The notes under the pieces were generated by a model. It worked only from the letters and a program-made list of their open reading frames with translations. It was not told the origin of the DNA and made no database searches. 64,000 nucleotides of DNA from a virus: IMG/VR virus record IMGVR_UViG_3300027763_000039, positions 1-64,000 of that record, one strand, 5' to 3'. Positions 38,033 through 49,200 of this stretch are shown one piece after another. The first letter of the stretch is position 1, and each line of letters opens with the position of its first letter. The position numbers and the translations under genes are program-made.

Positions 38033-38721
38033 GTAAGATAGCTTCCGTTATACTCTCATATGAAATTACTAAGGGTATGAAATCTTTTGGCCCCATAGGA
38101 CTACTAAAGTCTAAGACCAATGGTAAAGAGCTAATCTTACATCAAATAGAAGGATTAGAAAAGCTATTTAAAGATACTGATATATGTGTAGTCTCTGGTT
38201 TTGGTTATGAAAAACTAAATAAAGCTATTCCGAAAAATACCAAAATTATTTTGAACAATGAATTCCAAAATAAAAGTCATGCCTATGCTATTAAGCTAAT
38301 ATTAGCACAATATAACCCAGATAACTATGATGGAGTTTTTATCATCAATAATGGAGGCATTGTTAAAGCCCAGATTCCTTCTAAAAACCTTTCATTTAAT
38401 CACTCTTGGATCTTGTCCAAAAATATTAAAACAAGTCAGCAGAGCAGCAAATTCTTGGGTGCTGTCACCAATGATCAGGCATTAGTTGACTATATTTTCT
38501 ATAGCGTAGGACAAAATGCTTGGTGTGAAGGCGTTTATTGGTGCAATAAAGACATTAAAAAAATATTGTCATCAATAGATAGTTATTATGATAATATGTT
38601 TTTATTTGAAGTAATTAATAAATCGATTACGCAAAATATAAAATATAAACAGATAGTGTTGGCGGCAGATGAAGTTATAAGTATTTATGGTATGAAAGAC
38701 AAACACAAAATTAAAGTATAA
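38029..38721 (+). CDS. Degenerate sugar/choline-phosphate nucleotidyltransferase-like protein
   Basis: ILSYEITKGMKSFGPIGLL, LILHQI, VVSGF and N-x-EF follow the NTP-transferase layout, with the LAAGxGxR/PK residues substituted. Confidence 0.6.
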   Translation: MSKIASVILSYEITKGMKSFGPIGLLKSKTNGKELILHQIEGLEKLFKDTDICVVSGFGYEKLNKAIPKNTKIILNNEFQNKSHAYAIKLILAQYNPDNYDGVFIINNGGIVKAQIPSKNLSFNHSWILSKNIKTSQQSSKFLGAVTNDQALVDYIFYSVGQNAWCEGVYWCNKDIKKILSSIDSYYDNMFLFEVINKSITQNIKYKQIVLAADEVISIYGMKDKHKIKV

Positions 38722-38724
38722 ACT

Positions 38725-39510
38725 ATGAAAAAAACCAAAATAATAACCCATATCCCATCAGGTAACGATGAATACAGATCATTCATTAAGAATCTGTATA
38801 ATAATGATGACATTCTAGATGTTTCATCTACTAATATTCATGGTAATCTTTTTGAAATATATAGTCAATACAAACCTGATATTTTGATTCTATGTGCTAG
38901 TGAATATACTCAAGAATTTCATGATTTTATTAGTGAACATGAAAAACATTTGCAAATAGTCTTATTTATTAATGTTGCTATTACTAATATACAATTGATA
39001 GATTTTTGGAATAGTACTTCAATATTAGGAGTTGGCAGAAAAGAATATCTTGCTAAACCACTAATTAATGATAAGCTTTTTTATAATAAGCTATATGACA
39101 GTACCATCTTTATAAAAATAGAGACTGAAAATCGAAATGATAAGATAGCTGTGCTTCTGTCCACAAACGATGAAACCAATGAAAAGATAATTGGTCCATA
39201 CCTATATCCTTCCACCAAAGAGAAATTTATATTGTTTAATTCGCCAACATATAAAAAATCTCAAAATACTGGAACATTAAATGCAGCTGATACTGCTTTG
39301 GTCTTAAATACATATAAGTGTCTTATAGATCTTGATAATAGGTATGAGATCGAAGCTAAAGTTTGTTCAATAGATAATATCAATACCGAAGGAGATCTTA
39401 TAGAAAATATACAAAATTGTATTGTAAAAAATACAGATATTAATATTGAAAAATCTTCTTATGACTATTTCATTAAAAATAAGTTTCTATCTACAATTAT
39501 AAAGGAATAA
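38725..39510 (+). CDS. Hypothetical protein (possibly GT-B-related)
   Basis: 261-aa ORF in the operon; YKPDILIL Rossmann-like segment. Confidence 0.6.
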   Translation: MKKTKIITHIPSGNDEYRSFIKNLYNNDDILDVSSTNIHGNLFEIYSQYKPDILILCASEYTQEFHDFISEHEKHLQIVLFINVAITNIQLIDFWNSTSILGVGRKEYLAKPLINDKLFYNKLYDSTIFIKIETENRNDKIAVLLSTNDETNEKIIGPYLYPSTKEKFILFNSPTYKKSQNTGTLNAADTALVLNTYKCLIDLDNRYEIEAKVCSIDNINTEGDLIENIQNCIVKNTDINIEKSSYDYFIKNKFLSTIIKE

Positions 39511-39512
39511 CT

Positions 39513-39980
39513 ATGGATATAGGTTTTTATTTATTGGATGTTGAGCCAAATAATGAAACTCAAAATAAAATTATCAAAGCTATAAATGATTTATGTAATA
39601 TTTATCCATATGCTAATATTGTGTTATTCAATAATCAATTCAATAATATAGATATTGGACATAAGTATTATATATTACATATTCAACAGGCTAAATATTT
39701 TGATGGTCTACTTTTTGTTTTTGATATTAAGAGCGCAATGCTAACACAGACTTTTCCTTCTCCCAAAAAACAAATTTTGTGCGTGTCGAATCCAGAGTGG
39801 AGTAAAAATGGATCCATTCCTCATGGATTTTGGCATAACATTTATATGAAAAATAATTTTGAACTCATTACCGATAATCAGCAAACCTATGATTTGTGTG
39901 AAATTTGCTGGAAAAAACCTCTTAGTTTGATTGAAGATATTAATAGTAAGGAGCTTCAAAATGTCATCTCCAAAATATAA
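39513..39980 (+). CDS. Hypothetical protein
   Basis: AAGGA SD; 155-aa alpha/beta pattern. Confidence 0.65.
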   Translation: MDIGFYLLDVEPNNETQNKIIKAINDLCNIYPYANIVLFNNQFNNIDIGHKYYILHIQQAKYFDGLLFVFDIKSAMLTQTFPSPKKQILCVSNPEWSKNGSIPHGFWHNIYMKNNFELITDNQQTYDLCEICWKKPLSLIEDINSKELQNVISKI

Positions 39981-40752
39981 AAAATTGACTGATGTAGATA
40001 AAAAAGCTGTTTTACAGCAATACTATGTTAAAGAAAAACTAAGCTTTCAAGATATTGCTGAACTATATGGAACATATGCTAATCAGATAAGAAGAGATGC
40101 TAAAAAATTTGAGATACCAATTAGAGATAAAAGTGAAGCTCAAAAAAATGCTCTTACGTCAGGTAAACATAAGCATCCAACCAAAGGAATAGCTCGTAGT
40201 GAAGAAACCAAAGAAAAAATTGGTTCTGGTGTTATGGGAGCATGGAACAATCTTAGCCCAGATGAACTACAAAAAAGACAAGACAAAAGTAGACAGAATT
40301 GGGAAAAGTTAAGCGAAGAAGAAAAGGGGAATATTGTAAAGGCCGCTAATACTGCCGCGAGACTAAGTAGTAAAACTGGTTCAAAATTAGAGAAATTCAT
40401 CCTAAAAAAGCTTCTAACAGATGGATACTCTGTGGAATTACACAAAGAGCAATTGTTATCAAATACCAAGTTGCAAATTGACCTGTTCTTGCCTACAATG
40501 AACATAGCGATAGAAGTTGATGGGCCATCTCATTTTTCTCCCATATGGGGAGAGGATGCTCTAAAAAAGAATCAGAGTTATGATGAGAAGAAGAATGGAC
40601 TGATTATAGGTAGAGGATTATCGTTGATTAGGATAAAGCAATGTAGAGATTTTTCTAATGCTAGAGCTAATTTAATTTACTCAAGACTATTAGATTGTTT
40701 ACAAAACAAAACATATAAGAATAATACTATAACAAACATAGGGGATGAATAA
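39961..40752 (+). CDS. DUF559/Vsr-like endonuclease with HTH and NUMOD3-like segments
   Basis: LSFQDIAELYG, RSEETKEKI, IDLFLP...AIEVDGPSH; AAGGAG SD before ATG 39961. Confidence 0.8.
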   Translation: MSSPKYKKLTDVDKKAVLQQYYVKEKLSFQDIAELYGTYANQIRRDAKKFEIPIRDKSEAQKNALTSGKHKHPTKGIARSEETKEKIGSGVMGAWNNLSPDELQKRQDKSRQNWEKLSEEEKGNIVKAANTAARLSSKTGSKLEKFILKKLLTDGYSVELHKEQLLSNTKLQIDLFLPTMNIAIEVDGPSHFSPIWGEDALKKNQSYDEKKNGLIIGRGLSLIRIKQCRDFSNARANLIYSRLLDCLQNKTYKNNTITNIGDE

Positions 40753-41486
40753 TGGTTAAGGAAAAGAAGGTGTCCGAAGTTGCTGTTGTTTCCGCTGAAA
40801 CTGTAGAGTCAACACCAAATAAAGTCACACCTAATGATCTAGGATGGACAGATTATGTTTTAGGATTATTATCTGATGATGAAAAAATTGCTGGAAATCC
40901 TACTACTGATGGATTAAGACGCATATTTGAAGTGGCATTAAATTGTGATGTTATTGAAGCTATTACTGAAATAGTTCAGGCTCCAACTCCAGAAAATGAA
41001 AAAAGAGCTACGGCCACGCACACCATACGCTATGTATTAAAAAGTGATTCCTCGGAGGACTCGGAAGTTAAATACCGGGCTGTAACAGGCGCTGCCGACG
41101 TTTATTGGGGTAATTGTGACAAGATTTATCGTAACCATCCTACTGCTGTTGCAGAAACAAGAGCAGAAGGTCGTGCCTTACGAAGGGGTCTTAAACTAAG
41201 AAAAGTTGTTGCTGCTGAAGAAATTGCAAAAGATATTGAAGATCATCCAGATGAAAATTCAGTATCTAAGATCAGTGTTAATCAAATTAATTTCATAGAT
41301 GTGATTGCTCAAAGACTAAATGTTAATGTGGCTAATTTAATAAAATCACTTGCAATTACCGAAGCCAACATATATAATATCGCACATGAGGATGCTGTGA
41401 GCGTGATCAAGCATCTTACTTCATATCAACAAGATATGAGCAAATTAACAGATGAACTATTAGGCTATCAATCAAACTGGAAGTAA
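40752..41486 (+). CDS. Putative single-strand annealing protein (Rad52/Sak-like)
   Basis: AVAETRAEGRALRRGL...AEE motif resembling phage annealing proteins. Confidence 0.55.
   Translation: MVKEKKVSEVAVVSAETVESTPNKVTPNDLGWTDYVLGLLSDDEKIAGNPTTDGLRRIFEVALNCDVIEAITEIVQAPTPENEKRATATHTIRYVLKSDSSEDSEVKYRAVTGAADVYWGNCDKIYRNHPTAVAETRAEGRALRRGLKLRKVVAAEEIAKDIEDHPDENSVSKISVNQINFIDVIAQRLNVNVANLIKSLAITEANIYNIAHEDAVSVIKHLTSYQQDMSKLTDELLGYQSNWK
41350..41378 (+). promoter_or_regulatory. Sigma70-type promoter inside a coding region
   Basis: TTGCAA-17 nt-TATAAT, about 110 nt upstream of ORF 41491. Confidence 0.5.
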
Positions 41487-41490
41487 TATT

Positions 41491-41823
41491 ATGAAAGTAA
41501 CTTATAAAGCAAATGACAAATTATCTTTTGAGCTAGAAGCTGCTGGACAAAAGGAGATTTTTAAAGAATTGGCCTTAATTCAGGAGATTTTCTCAGAAGA
41601 AAAGTGTGGGCTTTGTAAGAGTACTAATTTGAAGTTTATAGTTCGTAATGTCGAAGGTAACGACTATTATGAATTAAGATGTATGGACTGTGGGGCAATA
41701 TTGTCCTTCGGTCAGCATAAAAAGGGTGGTACTTTATTTCCTAAGCGTAAAGATGACGAAAACAATTGGTTACCAAATAATGGTTGGCACAAATGGCAAA
41801 AAAATCCGGCAGACAAAAGTTAA
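41491..41823 (+). CDS. Hypothetical zinc-binding protein
   Basis: CGLC...CMDC. Confidence 0.75.
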   Translation: MKVTYKANDKLSFELEAAGQKEIFKELALIQEIFSEEKCGLCKSTNLKFIVRNVEGNDYYELRCMDCGAILSFGQHKKGGTLFPKRKDDENNWLPNNGWHKWQKNPADKS

Positions 41824-42764
41824 ATCATTGGTTAGATAAAACAGTTCATGAACTGCATGATTGTGGATTGTTATATAGCTGTATTTTACATACAGTTGTA
41901 TTGTTAATAATGTCTCTGACATTCTTAGTACCAGAACCACTACAGACCATAAGATTAAAACTATCTTTTGATAGTGATTCTTCTTCCCTCGATATTGGCT
42001 CAGAACCGATACTAGATATTCAAACGATGGAAGACATTCCCGAGTCAGAATCAGATATTGAGTCTGATTTTAATCCAGAAAATATTGCCGCAATCGAAAG
42101 CTCGGATATCATAGAAACTGAGAATATTCCACCTATTTTAGATTCTTTAGAACCATCCGAAAGTAATGAGATAATGGATCTGGCTACTGAACAGCTGGAT
42201 CAACAAGTGGCAATAAAAGAAGAAGTTATTCCGCCTCCACCTGCTAAAGCTGTAGCAGCTAAAACCGGAAACAAAACTACTAATAGTTCAACAAATGAAG
42301 AATCTGGTGGTAATCAATTAAGTTCTGGAGATCAGGCTATAGTTGGTGCTATGGGAGAAAGATTAAGAATGGCTGGTGCAAAGACCGGCGATATACAGAT
42401 ATCTATTGGATGGAATACTATAGATGATGTTGATTTGCATGTGAAGGCAGTAAATGGTGCTGGTGTGTCTTGGATAAACTGGATGGCTCCATTTGGTGTG
42501 GATGGAGGTGAATTAGATGTTGATATGAATGCCGCACCTGATCAGCTAACAAATAGAGCTGTGGAAAATGTTTATTGGCCATTAGGTCAGTCACCACAAG
42601 CAGAATATATTGTTGGAGTACATCTATTCAGAAACCGAACAGGAGTACGCTCCGTTCCTGTTAGTGTTGTTATTAAAGTTGGAGGCAAAACTAAAGTGTT
42701 TAATGTTGACTGTGTGTCTGGTATGAACGTGACTGAGGTGACTCGATTCACGAAGGCAAACTAG
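41793..42764 (+). CDS. Membrane-anchored protein with acidic linker and YfaP/DUF2135-like C-terminal domain
   Basis: TM helix SCILHTVVLLIMSL; ISIGWNTIDDVDLHV...LDVD...ENVYW. Confidence 0.75.
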   Translation: MAKKSGRQKLNHWLDKTVHELHDCGLLYSCILHTVVLLIMSLTFLVPEPLQTIRLKLSFDSDSSSLDIGSEPILDIQTMEDIPESESDIESDFNPENIAAIESSDIIETENIPPILDSLEPSESNEIMDLATEQLDQQVAIKEEVIPPPPAKAVAAKTGNKTTNSSTNEESGGNQLSSGDQAIVGAMGERLRMAGAKTGDIQISIGWNTIDDVDLHVKAVNGAGVSWINWMAPFGVDGGELDVDMNAAPDQLTNRAVENVYWPLGQSPQAEYIVGVHLFRNRTGVRSVPVSVVIKVGGKTKVFNVDCVSGMNVTEVTRFTKAN

Positions 42765-43239
42765 GCATAATAGGACCCCACTTATCAGCAGGACATTTTT
42801 GATCTCTATGAGCCAGTTTATTTTGATGATTGGCATCTCTAATGACCGTACATCCACACAATAAGCAAGAGTTATCTTTAAAATATTCACAGGTTTTGCA
42901 TATTGACAACCTTTGCTCTATTTCTTCTTGAGAACACAGATTTGCTGGAGCATTCTTTACTGCATCATCATTCCTAATTGCTTCTTTTTTAATTTGATCT
43001 AATAGTATGTTATTCATATCATCAGAACTAGAAAGATGTATTGGTTTTTCTAAATTAGGATTATTGATATGATTAGCATGTATTAAGTGTTGTAAATCTT
43101 CCATTTTTTTAAAACACATTATTTTAGTATCAGGATTTTCTATTCCCATAGTTAATCCACAATACTTACATTTATAAAGCGGCTTATTATTAAAAGTAGT
43201 TCCTAAGTTTTCTAAGTCACAGTAAGCTGTTTTATGCAT
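42748..43239 (-). CDS. Cys-rich small protein (DUF6171-like C-terminus)
   Basis: RLSICKTCEY...CLLCGC...K...CPADKW. Confidence 0.7.
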   Translation of the reverse strand: MHKTAYCDLENLGTTFNNKPLYKCKYCGLTMGIENPDTKIMCFKKMEDLQHLIHANHINNPNLEKPIHLSSSDDMNNILLDQIKKEAIRNDDAVKNAPANLCSQEEIEQRLSICKTCEYFKDNSCLLCGCTVIRDANHQNKLAHRDQKCPADKWGPIMPSLPS

Positions 43240-43240
43240 T

Positions 43241-46200
43241 TTAGTCTTTTGTCCTTAGATCTGTTTTTTTACCCGCCCTACAACAATAATTGGCATCATC
43301 ACACACTGGAATATCGGTATTATAACATTGAGGAGTACTATCGCAATCTGCTGTTTTATATATTTCTGTAGTATTAATTGATCCTGTAGGACAAGATCCT
43401 TTAATTCTATCACATTTTGCCCTTATTACATCTGTTTTAAAAGTATCTTGTACTGTTTTTGGTCTGCGATATCTATAAGTATAATAAGCTACTGTATATG
43501 TTGCTGTTAATTTTTCTACAGCGGGAGTATCAGTTAAAGTTGCTCTATACGTTATAGCAGGATAGCTAATATCTTTATAAAATACTCCGGCACAATCCTC
43601 TGGTACAACTCCTTCTACAATATCGCCCACATTTAATGACCCATTATTATTACATGGAGCAATATTTCTAAAATTTTGTTCCATCTGATTTTTCCATATT
43701 TCCTTCATTCTGTTCTGAGCCACCGTATTAGATGCCGGATAAGTTATGGGAATATCACATCCTGCAACAATTGCTGTTGGATAACGCATATTGCCTTTTA
43801 CACAAATTTCTGGATCTCCCATCTTGAATGATATGCACGTACTCCAAGGAAAAGAATCTGGAGCCTCTCTACCGCATAAGCCCATACCGCCATTGGTATA
43901 AGTCTGAGGGCCGCAAGCAACAGCAGAACAGCCATTACAAAGTCCACAACCAATAGTCTGTACACCCATAGCGACAGGACCATCAACATTCTTATCCGGA
44001 CTGCTCAAGAAATATCCCAGCATACAAGTTCTGGTTTCGGTTATAATCTCCCATTGTTGTATTTGTGGAGGCATTGTGATTTTATTAGGCTCAACCCCAC
44101 AATTATCACAACTGCTAGATATGGAATCTGAAACTGTAAAGCTATCATCTGGTACTGTGACTTTTATAATAGGACAATTATTCCTAATTCTATGAGATAC
44201 ACAATGGGGTGGCCCACCAGGTAAATTAATAGTCAGTGAATTATTATCATAATTGATAGAACATAAGTTTGTAGGACAAAGTGGATTATACGGAGTTGTT
44301 GGAGATGTAGTAACAGCATCATAAATATACCATGCTCCAGGAGCTCCGGTGTCGCATTCTATCCAAACACATTCTTCTACTGCTTCTCCTCCAATTTCTC
44401 CAATCGGACCAGCTGTTTCACCATTACCACTATAACCTCTACAAGAAGGTAGAGGGATTGTTTTACGAGCATCTGAAGTTCCATATTTGATTTTTCTTTT
44501 GTGTCCTTTTAATGCTATTTGATATCTACAATATTCAAAATTATAATCAAATGGTTGATAATCATATTGTAAAGGACCGTCCGCAGCATCACATGCGCAT
44601 CTTCCATCAGCTGAGTTCTGACAATATCCATACTCCCAATCTATACAATCGCAATGATCTTCAGTGTCCCCCATAGCCGGAGGAAAAGATCTTCCGTTTA
44701 TAGCACTATAGTATAGGTTATCAGTTAAAGGATTCTTATAGCTATCTGTAAAACAAGTACCACAAGATGGTTCAGAAACTGATCTTAGACTACCAATACC
44801 CTGAGGATGCTGAATAATTCTTCCTCCTATAGCATTTTCTAAGCTTCTTCCTATTAATAGTCCATTAATACTACCTTCTGCGTAGCAACCAGAAAAAACT
44901 CCTCTTGAGTATCTTCCATATTTTATTGTTCTTGATGTGCTTGTTAATTGTTTACAATCAGGACCCATCAGGTCTTTTACTGAATATCCAATACCTAGGT
45001 TAGTACATAAAAATTCTGGGGTATCAAGTATTATAGTACCTAAACATCCGTTTGATGGCCTATATTGTACTACATATCCAGGAGGAGACCCATAGTCTGG
45101 ATTGCACGTGGGATCAGGCATACCTGGTCTCCATGAACCAAGATTACATGATTTCTCACTACCCCAGTATGGCAGTTTGAGATCCTCTCTTGTTACACCA
45201 TCACATTTAAAGGTATTATACAATACTCCTTTTGGATGTGCTGACATAAAGCTCACACTATGAGAAGCTATTTCTTGACATTGTGTTAAAAGAGTATATT
45301 TTGTAGTGCTCGTATCACTTAATTTTTGATCAGATACTGCTAAACTATGACTAGTAACATATTCTGTGTGAATAACACTCTCTATAGTTTGACCATCTAT
45401 ATCTACTACTATTTTAATTTTACCATCACCACTTCTGACTGAAATAGTCATATTCTTATTTCCAATAGTGACTGATACAGATTTGCCTACTATCAGTTTA
45501 CCTTGAATAGATAATGATCCATTAATTTTTCTATTAGGAGGAATCGCTGTTTTATCTAAATTGTATGGAATATTTTTGTAAATATCTTTTGCTTCTATTT
45601 TCGGATCGGTATATTTAATTAAATCGTTAAATTTAATAGTTTGAGTGGTGTGGTCATCTATTGTTTTTAAATTAATTTTTTGTTTTTGTCCGTACCTCAT
45701 ACGAAATAAAATTTCATTAGCAAAGATATCTGTTTTTTTAACTATTTCTGTATGGTCATCTACTATACTATCTCTCATAATAGATTGATATTCTTCATTT
45801 AGTACAGAGATCCTACTGATAGTTGGTCTTGGAGAAATATCTTTATTACAGTTAGTAGCTGGATATAGTGTATTATTAGGATTTAATTCTAGTCTTTGTA
45901 TATAATATAGTTGGTGATTTCCTATAGGATTATATATTCCAGCATCATAAGATATAATATATGGAATATCATTAAGCTCCTGAGGAAGAGATTTCATCTT
46001 AGGCATTTGAATATGGTATATACCACTAAAAGATACAGCCCCAATAGTATTAATGCCACAAGCTGCGCTACCACATCCTTCTACTCTATCTGTGTCCCCA
46101 TAAACTGGCATTTTAATAAAGGGGGTGCCTGTGTATGGTGTTTTTTGAAAATGACCAAAATCAAATGTTATCGGAGGGAAAGTTACTGCTGTTGTTGGTG

Positions 46201-49200
46201 TCGCAGGAGTAAAAACACTACGTATACCTTCTCTATTAATAACACTATTAGATTCTACAGAATATAATTGAAAAGGAACATCATCTACTCGTAATGTATT
46301 TGTATAAAAAATTTGATCTGGTTTAATAGTTAAAGATGATTTTAATTCATTTCGTTTTTGTATATCTATAAAAAATAATTCTTTGTCATCAGGATTTAAA
46401 TACTTTGGTTCCCATATATGTCCAGCATCTAGATTTTTATATATCCCACTAATTTGAACAACCCCAGAATAAATATAGGATGAATTTTGTAGTAAACTTT
46501 TTACTAATATCTCTAAGTCTTTGATTAATAAACCTTTTAGTATCGGTTTAAAATTTTCTCTTACTGAATTCTCATATTCTCCATAATTTGGCACAAAATT
46601 AATATCCATAAATGGCAAATAGTTATTATAGTCTCTAAAAGTTTTTCTAACTATAGAATTATTTCCATCTCCAATATTGTATTTTTGATGAATAACATAT
46701 GAAGTTTGACCATTATACTTTATTAAAACTTCTTTTAGATTGTCTTGTTGATCTTTAATCTTAAAATTATAATTGTATAGATTATTATTGGCGTTATTAA
46801 TAATTGTTTTGAAAAACAGATTTTTATACAAACTATCTGGATAGAAGTCGTGTAAATATCCGGTATTATAAATATATTCTCCCAATTCATTAATTAATTT
46901 ACCATCAAAATCAATCAAGTCTCCCCATTTGGTGCTGTATATAGGATTTCTTAATAGTGGATCATTTTCACTTCTTAAAGCTTCTGGTATATTTTGATAA
47001 ATAATGAGAGAATCGACACCTAATTTAACGTCTTCTGCTTGATCAATAATGTCTGCTAGTTCGTTAATATTTTCAAGATTTATTTGTGGTATTTTTCCTA
47101 AGAAAGTGAAATCTAAAACACCAATACTATATTTTACATTAGCATCTAATACAAATTCTGTATATATTCTAAGATATTTATCATGAATATTATCGTTGTA
47201 ATTTAATTTATTTCCATTTTTATCAACATATATTGAATAAATACTTTTTTCTATAATTTTACCAATGTATGACAGCTTTGAATTTTCTTTGGAAGTTATC
47301 AGGACTTTTTGATCACAGTCTTTTTTAGTATTATGAACATAACCAACCATATTTTTACGATTATAATCAATTTGTAAATCAGTAAATTTAGTATTTAAAC
47401 GACTAGTATTATTTTCAGTCTTTTCAGCTACTAAAAAATAAGGTCGAGATCCCTCTATAATTATTTTTTTTGGATCTCTACCTCTAGTGAATTTAGTATT
47501 AACAATTGGATAATAGGTATTAGTTCTTTGCGTATTAAATAGATCATATGTAAAATTGTAAAAGAAATTAAAGTCTAGGTGTTCTTTGGTAGATACTGGA
47601 AGAATTGGTCCTGATAAATTTGTGGTACTATCTTTTTTGGTATATTCAAACAAATATGGTTGACCAATGTACTTTTTTTCGTCTTTAAAATATCCAAAAA
47701 TATTAGGATCATTATATTCCCACCATTGATTGTCTATTTTTAAATAAAGTCTAATTTTTTTATGATTATTTAATTCTGATATTTGTCGTAATGTTTCTTT
47801 AAGTTTATCGTTCATTTCTCCAATAAGCATTGTTCCGTCTTTAAATTTTTCTTCTTTTCTAAATACTTCTTTATCGTAATCGATATATGAAGTTAAATTA
47901 CCACTATCTCTAACAACTGATGTTTTATCAGTTTTATCCCCACCATAGATTAATCCAGTATTAGGATGAAAAAATCCTCTCTTTAGAGTTCCCATTTGTA
48001 CTGGAGCAGGAACGGCGAAATTCAACATTTGTTTACGTGGAACTCTCTCAAACTTTACCGCTAGGTCGATACTTTGATTTCCTAGTGTTCCAAATACTGT
48101 ATTAGTTGAACAAAAATTACCAACTGGAGGATATAGAACCAGATCATTACCTACTAAAGCTTCTAAATAAGGATTTACTAGAGTGGCCGTAACAGACGAA
48201 GATGATCCTCCTCCTTTACTAATAAAAACCTTTTTTTGTTTATCATAGACGATAGTATCATTTAAAGTCACGCGAGTTGCAAATCTTTGATATCCTATAT
48301 TCGGAGAAGAGGTCCACTCTAAATTTCCATCCTCATCAAAAGTTTGAGAATAACTTCTGGGTTTAAATAAATCTACATTCTCAATAACTTCTGCCCAAAC
48401 ATCAGCATGGATAGTATTATAAGAAGGTAAAGAAAAATTCCATTCTGTTTTTACATAATTAGGGAAATTAACAGTTACTGATTGAGAGCATCCGTATGGT
48501 TGTTCTGGGTCTATTTTTTCAGATAGAGGATCTATGAAATCTCCTACGTCTGGATGACCTGGTATTCTGATATCTCCTAAAAGTTTAGATATGTCCTTTT
48601 TTGAATATCCACCATAAGATGCAAAAACTGGACCATGGTCTGTTGATAAACTTGGAGTAAATAATAGTGGTTCATTGCTATAGGTAATGGATCCACCGTC
48701 TGTGCTACAAACATGAGGATAGTCTGTTATGGGACTCATAGAAAAACATTGACACTCATTTTTGTTAGGAAAACCCAAGCATTCACGAGTATCCTGATTA
48801 AAAGCTCTCAATTTTTCTATATTTAAACCATATATTTTAATGCCAACATCTTTAGTAGTAAAAGTTATACGACATTTGCCGTCCGTTAACCAAAGAGTTC
48901 CTTGATCAAAAACTGTACTATTATTGGCTCCAAAAATTTTACTATCATAGTAAACACCACCCTGATAATGAAATGCGGCTTTATCTATACGAGGATTCAT
49001 TATAGCAGCATTATATTTTCTGGTATGATATAGACTTTCATCATAAATAGTTCTTGCTGGTCTTGTTCCAACAACGAATCCTTCGCTATTATTAGCAAAT
49101 CTTGCAGATGGCTCATCGCAGAAACTAGCGTCTCCTTGAAAGCCGGAACAAAGAATTGGGTTTAATTTAAGGGCTAATTTATAAGACGATCCATCTCCGC

